NCBI GenBank assembly: GCA_964354185.1
Contig: CAYGZE010000001.1
Location: 1,939 to 65,938 of the forward strand
Reading direction: 5' to 3'
Length of the DNA: 64,000 nt
Source: an uncultured Anaerolineales bacterium
Lineage (GTDB): Bacteria; Planctomycetota; Phycisphaerae; FEN-1346
The translations under genes and the position numbers were made by a program. This document shows, piece after piece, positions 52,782 through 61,784 of this stretch. The number at the start of each line of letters is the position of its first letter. Position 1 is the first letter of the stretch. Below the pieces are notes generated by a model. That model had not been told where the DNA came from. It saw nothing but the letters and a program-made list of their open reading frames with translations, and did no database searches.

Positions 52782-55067
52782 ATGCCCCGATCGGCGCCGC
52801 GAGGAACACGGAGCGTCCGCCCCTGGCGGCTCGAGAACGCCGACGTCCGTATCGACGTCGAGCGCCCCACCGGCTTCATCCGCTCGCTGGTCTTCAAGCG
52901 CGCCGGGCAGGACCTCTTCGAGCAGATCCGCGGCGGCATCCCCGGCTACCTCGGGGGTCTGCGGATTTACGATGAGCGCGACGAGCGGTGGTACGACGAC
53001 TGGCGGACCCCCTTCACGGTCTCCGCCGCATCGAAGCGCGGGGACGCGGTGCACCTCGCGCGCCGTTACCGCGGTGCGCCCTTCACGGTGGGCGTGACGA
53101 TGCGCCTGGACGAGGGGGGCGCCTTCCACTGGGAGGTCCGGGCCGAGAAGGTCCGCAACGTCCCGGACCGCTCGCTCCGGGTCCACTTCTGCCTGCCCCT
53201 CATCGCCGGCTGGGACGTCTGGGCCCCGTGCAAGTGGGGCGAGCGGACGTTCGACGGCATGACGCCGTTTGAATTCATGTACATCCAAGTGCCTTACGTC
53301 AGCGACCAGGAGGTCGTCCTGCCGATGGTCAGCCACTACCATCGCGGCCTGGGCGCCGGCTTCTCGGTCGTCGAGCCCATCGACGCGAACGTCCCGGCCG
53401 CCAAGTTCGCCTTCAACAACGCCGACAAGGGTTTCAACTGGGGCACGATGCACAAGGACCCGCGGACGGTCCCGATGCTCGAGACGATCAACTACTACAT
53501 CGGCCTCGTCGGCCGCCGGCCCATGCGGACGAAGGTCATGCTCTTCTTCCACGAGGGCGACTGGCGGCCCGGGCTCGGCCTGGTCTACCGCCGCTGGCGC
53601 GAGTACTTCGACCCCTGGAACAGTGCCATCCACGACCGCGAGGGGTGCTTCATCGGCGGCAGCGTCGACAGCGCCGACGAGGTTGACCGCCTCGTCGCGA
53701 TGGGCGGCAAGATGATGGAAGTGCACTGCCACTTCCAGGACTACGGCGACTACTTCCAGGAGGGCCGCGACGCCTGGCACCGTATCGACGTGAAGGAGGG
53801 CGTCTACCACAGACTCGTGGCCGCGCGCAAGGAGGCCGAGCGGTCGGCGCTCGGCGACCGGCTGCCCTCGTCGGTCGCCGCGGAGGACGTCGAGGCGTTC
53901 CTGCGGGCGCACACGGACGCCGAGACGGCCGCCTTCCTCGGCCTCCCGGGGCCCGAGGCGCTCTACCACCGGCGCGATGAGATCAAGCGCCGCCTCCGGG
54001 TCCTGGCCGACGCCGGCGTCGCGTGCCACTGGTACTTCAACTACACCGACGGCTACCGGCCGCGGGCCGAGCGCGACTGGCCCGACGCCATCTCGAAGGA
54101 CGAGGACGGCCGCCCCGTGCCGAGCGGCTGGTACATGTGTCATAATATGAATGCCGACCCGCGGTGGTCGTTCGGCCGGTTCTGCCTGGAGTCGGCGGAG
54201 CGGATCCTCGATGCGTACCCGATGCTGGCGGGCTTCTTCATGGACTGCTTCCGCCACTACGAGATCGACTTCGCCCACGACGACGGCGTCACCGTCGTGA
54301 ACGGCAAGCCCGCGTACAGCATGAACCACTCGTACGACGACGTCGAGCGGCTCCTGAAGGAAGGGCTCTTCCGGCCGCGCAACCTGACGTCGTTCGCCAA
54401 CAAGCCGATGAGCATCCGCTCCATGCGCTACTGCGACGGCCAGTTGCTCGAGGGCGACGGCGACGTGTACGAGGAGAAGTTCTGCTGGGCCTCGATCGCC
54501 TGCCCGATGTTCTACCTCTGGGGCGACCGGACGCGCAGCGTCGACGAATTCCTCCGCCGGTGCGTCCTGCAAGGCGCCTGGCCGACCCTCGTCGAGCGGA
54601 CCGACGAGAACCTGGCCCTGTACCGGCGCTACCTGCCGCTCTTCCACGAGTTCCGCCGGCGGGTGCTCTGCTTCGAGCCCGACCCGCTGCGTCCGCCGCG
54701 GCACGCGCGCGGGAAACTCTACACCGTGCCCGACGGCTACGTGGCCGGCCTGATGACCGAGGCCGTCGACGCGGGCGACCGGATCGCGTACGCCCGGACG
54801 CCGCACGCCCTCTTCCGCGTCCGTCGCGGCCACGATGTCGGGAGGGTCGGCCTCCTCTTGCCCGGCGACGGGCCGATGCGCGAGGCCGCCTTCCGCTTCG
54901 ACGGCACCTTCCTCGACGTGCCGCTGCCCGAGTACCAGAACGTGGCGGTGGTGAAACTCTGCGTCACGCAGGACACCGGCCGCCCCATCGGCCCCGACAC
55001 GTTCCAGACGCGCCCGCGCATGTGCGCCGACCCCGACTCGGCGTTCGAGGACCTCTCCGAGCGGTGA
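52782..55067 (+). CDS. large cytoplasmic hypothetical protein (761 aa), possibly carbohydrate-active
   Basis: Long ORF with non-repetitive, aromatic-rich sequence (WYFNYTDGYRPRAERDWPD, FCWASIACPMFYLWGDRTRSVDEF). No signal peptide or recognisable motif. It is followed within 130 nt by the next plus-strand gene. Confidence 0.6.
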   Translation: MPRSAPRGTRSVRPWRLENADVRIDVERPTGFIRSLVFKRAGQDLFEQIRGGIPGYLGGLRIYDERDERWYDDWRTPFTVSAASKRGDAVHLARRYRGAPFTVGVTMRLDEGGAFHWEVRAEKVRNVPDRSLRVHFCLPLIAGWDVWAPCKWGERTFDGMTPFEFMYIQVPYVSDQEVVLPMVSHYHRGLGAGFSVVEPIDANVPAAKFAFNNADKGFNWGTMHKDPRTVPMLETINYYIGLVGRRPMRTKVMLFFHEGDWRPGLGLVYRRWREYFDPWNSAIHDREGCFIGGSVDSADEVDRLVAMGGKMMEVHCHFQDYGDYFQEGRDAWHRIDVKEGVYHRLVAARKEAERSALGDRLPSSVAAEDVEAFLRAHTDAETAAFLGLPGPEALYHRRDEIKRRLRVLADAGVACHWYFNYTDGYRPRAERDWPDAISKDEDGRPVPSGWYMCHNMNADPRWSFGRFCLESAERILDAYPMLAGFFMDCFRHYEIDFAHDDGVTVVNGKPAYSMNHSYDDVERLLKEGLFRPRNLTSFANKPMSIRSMRYCDGQLLEGDGDVYEEKFCWASIACPMFYLWGDRTRSVDEFLRRCVLQGAWPTLVERTDENLALYRRYLPLFHEFRRRVLCFEPDPLRPPRHARGKLYTVPDGYVAGLMTEAVDAGDRIAYARTPHALFRVRRGHDVGRVGLLLPGDGPMREAAFRFDGTFLDVPLPEYQNVAVVKLCVTQDTGRPIGPDTFQTRPRMCADPDSAFEDLSER

Positions 55068-55193
55068 GGGGCCGCGGCCTCGGGCTCCGGACCGGGCCGC
55101 ATCCTTGCTTTGCCGGCGGCGTCCGGTACATTGGGGTCGCCCGGCCGCCTGGGCCGGCAGGATCCTCCACGAGGTTGCGCGGCGGGCCGTCCC

Positions 55194-57128
55194 ATGATCG
55201 AGATCGCCCTAGACCGGTTGCCTCTGGGCGACGTGCCCCGCGACAACACGCCCCACGGCGAGTACCACTGCCTGCGACCCGACCCGCGCTACGACGGGTG
55301 GGAGGAACCGACCAACCACTGGACCTGGGACGGCCCGAACTGGCGGGTCGCCGAGGACGCCGACGGGCGCTTCCTCGAGCAGTGCCGCGCGAGCCGCTAC
55401 AACAACACGCTCCTGGTGAGCGGGGCCGTCGAGCGCGGCGTGCGGGCGGCCGAGGTTCAGGTCCGCTGCGCCGCCCCGGCCGCCGAGGTGGGCCTCGTCT
55501 TCGCCTGTCGGACGGCGCTCGATTACCTGTGCCTCCACCTGGAGGGGGACCGCGTCAAACTCTCGCGCCGCCTCGACGGCCAGTTCGACCGGCTGGCCGA
55601 GTCGGGGCCGGTCGAAGCGGCGGGGGGGTGGATCGCGCTCGGCTTCGCGCTGCGGCGCGGCCGGCTCGTCTGCCGCCTGGACGGCGCGGACCTCTTCACG
55701 GTGCGCCTCGGGAGCGGGGTCGACGGTCGCGTGGGCCTGCTGGCGAACGTCCCCGCGCGATTCCGGCGGCTGCGGGCCGAGGGCCGACCGCCGCGCCGCC
55801 CCCGCGTCCGCCGCACGGCCGGGTACCCGCCGATGAAGTGCCTCCGCCGCATCCCGACGCCCGGCTTCGGCACGGGCCGCCACGTCCGCTTCGGCGACCT
55901 GGAGGGCGACGGCCGCCTAGGCATGGTCCTTGCCCAGCCGGCGACCCTTCAGGCCCGGCAGTCGTACACCGTCCTCGGCGCGATGACGGCCCTGGGCCAC
56001 GACGGCCGGGTTCTGTGGCAGGTGGGCGAGCCGGCCGCCTGCCCCCTCGTGAGCGCCGACCTGCCGCTCCAGGTCCACGACATCGACGGCGACGGCCGGG
56101 CCGAGGTCGTCTCGGTCCGCGACTTCGAGGTCCAGGTCTTCGACGGCGCCACGGGCCGCCGCAAGGCCGCGTGGCCGGTGCCCGACGCGCCGCGGCCGGA
56201 CCCGCTGCTGGCGCACGTCGTCACCTACTTCGGCGCGCCGACGGGCGAGGACCTGCCGAAGGCGTGCATCGACGCGATCGCCTTCGCCGACCTCAGGGGC
56301 CAGGGCGCCCCGCGCGACGTGCTGCTGAAGGACCGCTATCATCACCTGTGGGCCTACACGGCCGAGGGGCGGCCGCTGTGGTCGTTCTGCGGCAATCTGG
56401 GCCACTTCCTCTTTGCGGCCGACATCAACGGCGACGGGCGCGACGAGGTAGCCGCCGGCTACCACACCCTCTCGGCCGACGGGCGGCTGATCGAGAACGT
56501 CCACTTCGGCGACCATGCCGACGCCGTCTACCTGGGCGACGCGCAGGGCTGGGGCGAGCCGAAGGTCATCCGCGCCGGCGGCGACGACGGCCTCCTTGTG
56601 TGCGGCTTCGGGGGCGATGTCCTCCAGGTCCGCCTCGGCCACGTCCAGCGCCTGAGCATGGCCAACTTCCGCCCCGACCGGCCCGGCCTCGAGTACGTCG
56701 TCTGCACCTACTGGGGCGCGCCGGGCATCGTTGCCCTGATCGACTCAAGCGGCAAGATCGTCTGGGTCCGCAAGTACCCGGTCTGCGGCAACACGCTCCA
56801 GCCGGTCAACTGGACCGGCGACGGGCGCGAGTTGATCTACTTCTCGGCCCATCCCGCGCACGGCGGCCTGTACGATGCCGACGGCGAGCCGGCAGTCCGG
56901 TTCCCCGACGACGGTCATCCGGAGCGCTGCTCCGAGGTGGTGGACTTCTTCGGCACGGGGCGCGACAACCTGATCGTGTGGGACCCGGGGGCGATCTGGA
57001 TCTACGGGCCGCGCAGCGATGCGCCCGCGCAGCCGCGCTACGCGCCCCGGCGCCCGCCGCTCTATAACGCGTCGAACTACATGGCCTACTGGTCGATTCC
57101 GCACGGTGCGTCGCCCGGGGGTCGCTGA
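55194..57128 (+). CDS. FG-GAP/VCBS-like beta-propeller repeat protein (rhamnogalacturonan-lyase-like fold candidate)
   Basis: Start MIEIALDRL. Repeated Ca-binding-like DxDGDG motifs (DLEGDGRLGMV, DIDGDGRAEVV, DINGDGRDEVAAG) spaced ~60-70 aa apart, as in FG-GAP beta-propellers. Its stop overlaps the start of the next gene. Confidence 0.6.
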   Translation: MIEIALDRLPLGDVPRDNTPHGEYHCLRPDPRYDGWEEPTNHWTWDGPNWRVAEDADGRFLEQCRASRYNNTLLVSGAVERGVRAAEVQVRCAAPAAEVGLVFACRTALDYLCLHLEGDRVKLSRRLDGQFDRLAESGPVEAAGGWIALGFALRRGRLVCRLDGADLFTVRLGSGVDGRVGLLANVPARFRRLRAEGRPPRRPRVRRTAGYPPMKCLRRIPTPGFGTGRHVRFGDLEGDGRLGMVLAQPATLQARQSYTVLGAMTALGHDGRVLWQVGEPAACPLVSADLPLQVHDIDGDGRAEVVSVRDFEVQVFDGATGRRKAAWPVPDAPRPDPLLAHVVTYFGAPTGEDLPKACIDAIAFADLRGQGAPRDVLLKDRYHHLWAYTAEGRPLWSFCGNLGHFLFAADINGDGRDEVAAGYHTLSADGRLIENVHFGDHADAVYLGDAQGWGEPKVIRAGGDDGLLVCGFGGDVLQVRLGHVQRLSMANFRPDRPGLEYVVCTYWGAPGIVALIDSSGKIVWVRKYPVCGNTLQPVNWTGDGRELIYFSAHPAHGGLYDADGEPAVRFPDDGHPERCSEVVDFFGTGRDNLIVWDPGAIWIYGPRSDAPAQPRYAPRRPPLYNASNYMAYWSIPHGASPGGR

Positions 57129-59770
57129 TGCGCCCGACGGACATCCAACGCGATCGTGGCGGCTGCCGGTGCGACCGGCGCGCCGCCCGCGCGGGCGCCT
57201 GGGCGTGCCTGGTCCTGGCGATGGCGTCGGGCGCCGCTGCGGCCGCCGGGGCCGAGCCCGCGATCCGCCTGCGCGCGTGGGGCGTGCCTGAGTACGCCCG
57301 CAACGACGTCGAGGCCCTGGCCGACCGCAAGATCGTCGAGGCGTTCCAGGAGCGGTTCCCGAACGTCAAGCCCGTGGCCACGACGGGCCTGGAGATCCCC
57401 GGCCGCCAGACGAAGGACATCCTGCCGCTGATGCAGATCGCGGGCGACATCGCGCCCGACGTCCTGTACGTGAACTTCCGCCAGTCCGACACGTTCATCA
57501 GCAACAAGTTCCTGTATCCGCTCGACCGCTACCTCGAGCACCTGGTCGGCGCGACGGTCCGGGGCGGACACCTGCTGGCCCCCGACGCCTACGTTGCCCA
57601 ACTCCGCCAGGGGCCGAACTTCGCGCGCGAGGTCGCCGAGCGCGTGCCCGACCAGTGCTGGCCCGTCATGCGCCGGCGGTGCCCGTACGGCGCGGAGTGC
57701 CCCTACCTGAAGGCCTGGGGCGAGCCCCCCGCCGGCGTCCATTACCACACGTGGTGCTTCCCCGTGGGGCCGGACTTCATCGCCCTGTTCTACCGCAAGG
57801 ACCTTTTCTTCGAGGCGGGCCTGCCGGACCGCGCGCCCGAGACGATCGACGAGATGCTCGCCTGGTGCCGCCGCCTGACGAACCCGAAAGAGGATCGCTA
57901 CGGCCTCCAGATCTTCCTGGAGGAACTCGGCTGGAGCACGATGAGTTTCCTGTACTCGTGCGGCGGGCGGGTGGTCGAGCAGGACCAGAGGGGCGAATGG
58001 CGCTGCGCCTTCGACACCGAGGAGGCCGTCGAGGCCTACTACCTCGTGGCGCGGTTCTTCCTGGAGCCGTTCGAGAACCAGCACGGCCGCTTCACGGGCG
58101 TCGTCTACCTGGGCGAGCCCCAGGGCACGCACGAACTGCGCTGCGCGATGTCCTTCAACTACCTGGACCAGCGGTTCTTCGGGACCTACGACCCGGGGCA
58201 GTTCGGTTTCGGCCCGGTGCCGGCGGGCCCGGCGGGCCTGAGGGGGAGCGAGTTCAATTCGCGCATGGTCGGCATCTACGCGGGCCTCGAGACCGACATC
58301 CCCAAGCGCAACGCCGCGTGGGAGTACATCCGCTTCTTCGACGGGCCGGAGGCGCGGCTGGTCCGGACGACGACGCTCGTCGAGAGCGGCATGGGCCGGT
58401 TCGTGCGCCCGAAACTCCTGGAGGAGGCGGGCTTCCCCGAGTACGTCCGCCAAGTGCCGCGCGGCTGGGAGGACGCCGCCCGCGTCGCCCTCGAGCACGG
58501 CATCCCGGAGCCGTACGGCCGCAACTGCCAGCAGGTGTACACGTACGTCTCGCGGGCGATCGACCAGATCCGGACCGACGCCCGGGTCCAGCGCGCGATG
58601 GCCGCGTTCGACGGGCCCGCCGCCAAGGCGCGCATCCGCGAGATCCTGCGCGAGCGGGTCCGGCGAAGCAACGAGACGATGCTGGATATCTACACGCCGG
58701 AGCAGCGGCGGTTCCGCAGCACCGTCGCGGCCGCCGTCGCCGGCGCCATCCTGCTCGTCTTCGCCCTCATGTTCCGCTGGGTGTTCCGGGCGTTCGCGCG
58801 GGCCGAGCCCGCCGAGCCCGGCCGCCGCCGCGCGGGCTGGCAGTTCGGCCGCTACAAGTGGGCCTGGATCATCCTGCTGCCCGCCCTCGGCACCATCGCC
58901 CTCTGGGAATACTGGCCGCTGCTGCGCGGGGCCGTCATCGCCTTCCAGGACTACAACGTACGCGGCTTCTCCGAGTGGGTCGGCATGCAGAACTTCGCCA
59001 ACGTCCTGTTTGACGACGAGTTCTGGTACGCCCTGGGCGTGGCGGTCCAGTACTCGCTCCTGTTCATGGCGTTCGGCTTCGCCGCGCCCATCGCCCTGGC
59101 GTTCCTCCTGACGGAGGTGCCGCGCGGCAAGATCCTGTTCCGCACGATCTACTACCTGCCGGCCGTCCTCACGGGCGTGGTCGTCATCTTCCTCTGGAAG
59201 GGCTTCTACGGCCGCTACGGCATGATCAACGACCTCGTGAACTTTGCGATCGGCCTCCTGAATTACCTGCCGGGCGTCGCGCTGGAGGAGGTGCACACGG
59301 CGTGGCTCGAGTCGCCGACGTTCGCCCTGTTCTTCTGCCTCCTGCCCACGATCTGGGCGGGCATGGGGCCCGGGTGCCTCATCTACCTAGCGGCCCTGAA
59401 GACGATCCCGGAGGACCTCTACGAGGCCGCCGACATCGACGGGGCGGGCATCTGGGGCAAGACGTTCCACATCGCCATCCCGTCGATCCGGAGCCTGATC
59501 CTCATCAACTTCATCGGCGCGATGATCGGCACGATGAAGACGGGCGGCGGGTTCATCCTGGCCATGACGGGCGGCGGGCCGTACACCCCCTACGGGCGGA
59601 CGGAGGTTGTCGGCCTCCACATCTTCTGGCAGGCGTTCGCGTACCTGCGGTTCGGGGCCGCCACGGCCATGGCCTGGGTCCTCGGGGCCATGCTCATCGG
59701 CTTCACGGTCTTCCAACTCCAGCGCCTGAGCCGCATGGAGTTCCGCACCGCCGCCGGGACGGGGACCTAG
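57128..59770 (+). CDS. ABC importer fusion protein: extracellular solute-binding domain fused to a MalF-type permease
   Basis: 880 aa; signal/anchor (AWACLVLAMASGAAAAAGA). ~480-aa family-1 solute-binding-like domain (IRLRAWGVPEYARNDVEALADRKIVEAFQERFPNVKPV...). Six-TM permease with the EAA loop (LYEAADIDGAGIWGKTFHIAIPSIRSLILINFIGAMIG). Confidence 0.75.
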   Translation: MRPTDIQRDRGGCRCDRRAARAGAWACLVLAMASGAAAAAGAEPAIRLRAWGVPEYARNDVEALADRKIVEAFQERFPNVKPVATTGLEIPGRQTKDILPLMQIAGDIAPDVLYVNFRQSDTFISNKFLYPLDRYLEHLVGATVRGGHLLAPDAYVAQLRQGPNFAREVAERVPDQCWPVMRRRCPYGAECPYLKAWGEPPAGVHYHTWCFPVGPDFIALFYRKDLFFEAGLPDRAPETIDEMLAWCRRLTNPKEDRYGLQIFLEELGWSTMSFLYSCGGRVVEQDQRGEWRCAFDTEEAVEAYYLVARFFLEPFENQHGRFTGVVYLGEPQGTHELRCAMSFNYLDQRFFGTYDPGQFGFGPVPAGPAGLRGSEFNSRMVGIYAGLETDIPKRNAAWEYIRFFDGPEARLVRTTTLVESGMGRFVRPKLLEEAGFPEYVRQVPRGWEDAARVALEHGIPEPYGRNCQQVYTYVSRAIDQIRTDARVQRAMAAFDGPAAKARIREILRERVRRSNETMLDIYTPEQRRFRSTVAAAVAGAILLVFALMFRWVFRAFARAEPAEPGRRRAGWQFGRYKWAWIILLPALGTIALWEYWPLLRGAVIAFQDYNVRGFSEWVGMQNFANVLFDDEFWYALGVAVQYSLLFMAFGFAAPIALAFLLTEVPRGKILFRTIYYLPAVLTGVVVIFLWKGFYGRYGMINDLVNFAIGLLNYLPGVALEEVHTAWLESPTFALFFCLLPTIWAGMGPGCLIYLAALKTIPEDLYEAADIDGAGIWGKTFHIAIPSIRSLILINFIGAMIGTMKTGGGFILAMTGGGPYTPYGRTEVVGLHIFWQAFAYLRFGAATAMAWVLGAMLIGFTVFQLQRLSRMEFRTAAGTGT

Positions 59771-59774
59771 GCCA

Positions 59775-61766
59775 ATGCCCATCATCAGCCAGATCGGGCG
59801 GCGGTCCTGGGGCGTGCGGCTGGTCCTCGGGGCCATCTACCTGGTGCTCCTCGCGGGCGCGGCCACGATGGTGTATCCCTTCATGCTCATGCTCTCCGGC
59901 TCCGTGAAGAGCGAGACCGACCTCCTCTTGATCTCGCCCGTGCCGCAGTTCTGGTTCGACGACCTCGTCCTCTTCCAGAAGTACGTGGAGTCGAAGCACA
60001 ACGTGCAGATCATGGACGCCGAGGCCGCGTGGGGCCGGCGGATCGGCAGTTGGCGCAGCCTCGCGCCGCCCACGGAGGCCGAATCGGCGCATCTCGATGA
60101 GTTTCTCGCATGGCGGGCCGAGTGCCCCTGGTGGACGCTGGGCCACACCTGGGGCGGCAAACTGCTGCCCGAGAACGCGCGGCTCTTCCGGCGGCAGATG
60201 GTCGTACGCTTCGGCGGCGACATCGACGCCTATCGCCGCGCCGTGAAACTGCCCGTGGGCGACTGGAATGCCGTCATGCCGCCCTGGAAGCACCCCGGCC
60301 GCTGCCCCCCGCTGCCGGACCCCCTGCGCGACGCGTTCAACGCCTACGCCGCCGCGCGGCCGGTGCGCGACCGCATCCTGGAGAACATCGACGGCCAGTT
60401 CTGGCAGTTCCTCGTCCGCCGCCACACCGACGACATCGACGCCTATAACCGCGACCATGCGACGCACCATCGGTCCTACGACGACGTCTTCCTGGCGGCC
60501 CGCGTGCCGGACAACCCCGCCGAGCGCGCCGACTGGGAGGAGTACGTCCGCGAGGTGCTGTCGCTCCAGTTCGTGCGGCTGGAGGCGTCCCTCGCCCCCG
60601 CCTTCCGCGCCTACTTGGCCGAGGGCGTCTACGCCGACATCGGCGAACTCAACGCCCGGTACGGCGCGTCGTACGGGTCCTTCGACGAGGTGCCGATGCC
60701 GACGACGGTGCCGACGCCGGCGGCCCAGGCGATCGACTGGGCCGGCTTCGTCCGCGACCGCAAGCGCTGCCCGGCCGGCGGCATCGAGGTCTTCGGGCCG
60801 CGCCAGATGTTCGAGCGGTTCGTTGCCGCGCGCCGCGGCGTGCCGCCTGGCGCGGTCGGGCCCCTGAGGCTGCCGATCGCCGCCGCCGACTGGCACGATT
60901 GCCTGGCCCACGCGCGGGACCTCCGGTGGGAGTTCACCTCGCGTAACTATAAACACGTCTTCGAGTACATCCTGCTGCACGGGCGCGGCCTCGTGAACAC
61001 GCTCGTCTACTGCCTGCTGGCGATCGGGACGGCCCTGCTGGTGAACCCGCTGGCGGCGTACGCCCTCAGTCGCTATCGCCTGCCCGCGACGTACAAGGTG
61101 CTCCTCTTCTGCATGGCGACGATGGCGTTTCCGGGCGAGGTGACGATGATCCCCGCGTTCCTCTTGATGAAGCGGTTCCCGCTCTGGCCGCTCCTGGGCG
61201 GGGGCGCGGCCTTCGGCGTCGCCGTGTGGCTCCTGGCGAAGGCGCGGCCGCGATGGCCCGAGGCGCTGCGCATGGCTTTGGCGGTCGGCGTCGGTGTTTT
61301 CGTCGGCGCGTGGGTCGTGCCGGCGGCCACGGGCCGGCCCTACGTCAGCCTCCTCAACACGTTTGCGGCCCTGGTGCTGCCGGGGATGGCCAACGGGTTC
61401 TTCATCTTCCTCCTGAAGGGCTTCTTCGACAGCCTGCCGCGCGAACTCTACGAGGCCGCCGACATCGACGGGGCAGGAGAGTGGACGAAGTTCTGGATGA
61501 TCACGATGAACCTCTCGAAGCCGATCCTGGCCGTCATCGCGCTGAGCGCGTTCACGGCCGCCTACAGCGCGTTCATGATGGCCCTCATCATCATCCCGGA
61601 CACCGAGATGTGGACGCTCATGGTCTGGATCTTCCAGTTGCAGACCCAGTCGCACCAGGGCGTCGTGTACGCGGCGCTGGTGATCGCGGCCATTCCAACG
61701 TTCGTCGTCTTTGTTCTGTGCCAGAACGTCATCATTCGCGGGATCGTCGTGCCGGTCGAGAAGTGA
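59775..61766 (+). CDS. ABC transporter permease (MalG-type) with a large ~350-aa extracytoplasmic insertion
   Basis: 663 aa; N-terminal TM (LVLGAIYLVLLAGAATMVYPF), a long soluble insert, then the permease core with EAA motif (LYEAADIDGAGEWTKFWMITMNLSKPILAVIALSAFTAAY). It starts 5 nt after the fusion gene. Confidence 0.8.
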   Translation: MPIISQIGRRSWGVRLVLGAIYLVLLAGAATMVYPFMLMLSGSVKSETDLLLISPVPQFWFDDLVLFQKYVESKHNVQIMDAEAAWGRRIGSWRSLAPPTEAESAHLDEFLAWRAECPWWTLGHTWGGKLLPENARLFRRQMVVRFGGDIDAYRRAVKLPVGDWNAVMPPWKHPGRCPPLPDPLRDAFNAYAAARPVRDRILENIDGQFWQFLVRRHTDDIDAYNRDHATHHRSYDDVFLAARVPDNPAERADWEEYVREVLSLQFVRLEASLAPAFRAYLAEGVYADIGELNARYGASYGSFDEVPMPTTVPTPAAQAIDWAGFVRDRKRCPAGGIEVFGPRQMFERFVAARRGVPPGAVGPLRLPIAAADWHDCLAHARDLRWEFTSRNYKHVFEYILLHGRGLVNTLVYCLLAIGTALLVNPLAAYALSRYRLPATYKVLLFCMATMAFPGEVTMIPAFLLMKRFPLWPLLGGGAAFGVAVWLLAKARPRWPEALRMALAVGVGVFVGAWVVPAATGRPYVSLLNTFAALVLPGMANGFFIFLLKGFFDSLPRELYEAADIDGAGEWTKFWMITMNLSKPILAVIALSAFTAAYSAFMMALIIIPDTEMWTLMVWIFQLQTQSHQGVVYAALVIAAIPTFVVFVLCQNVIIRGIVVPVEK

Positions 61767-61784
61767 GCGGCGGCCGGCGGCGGT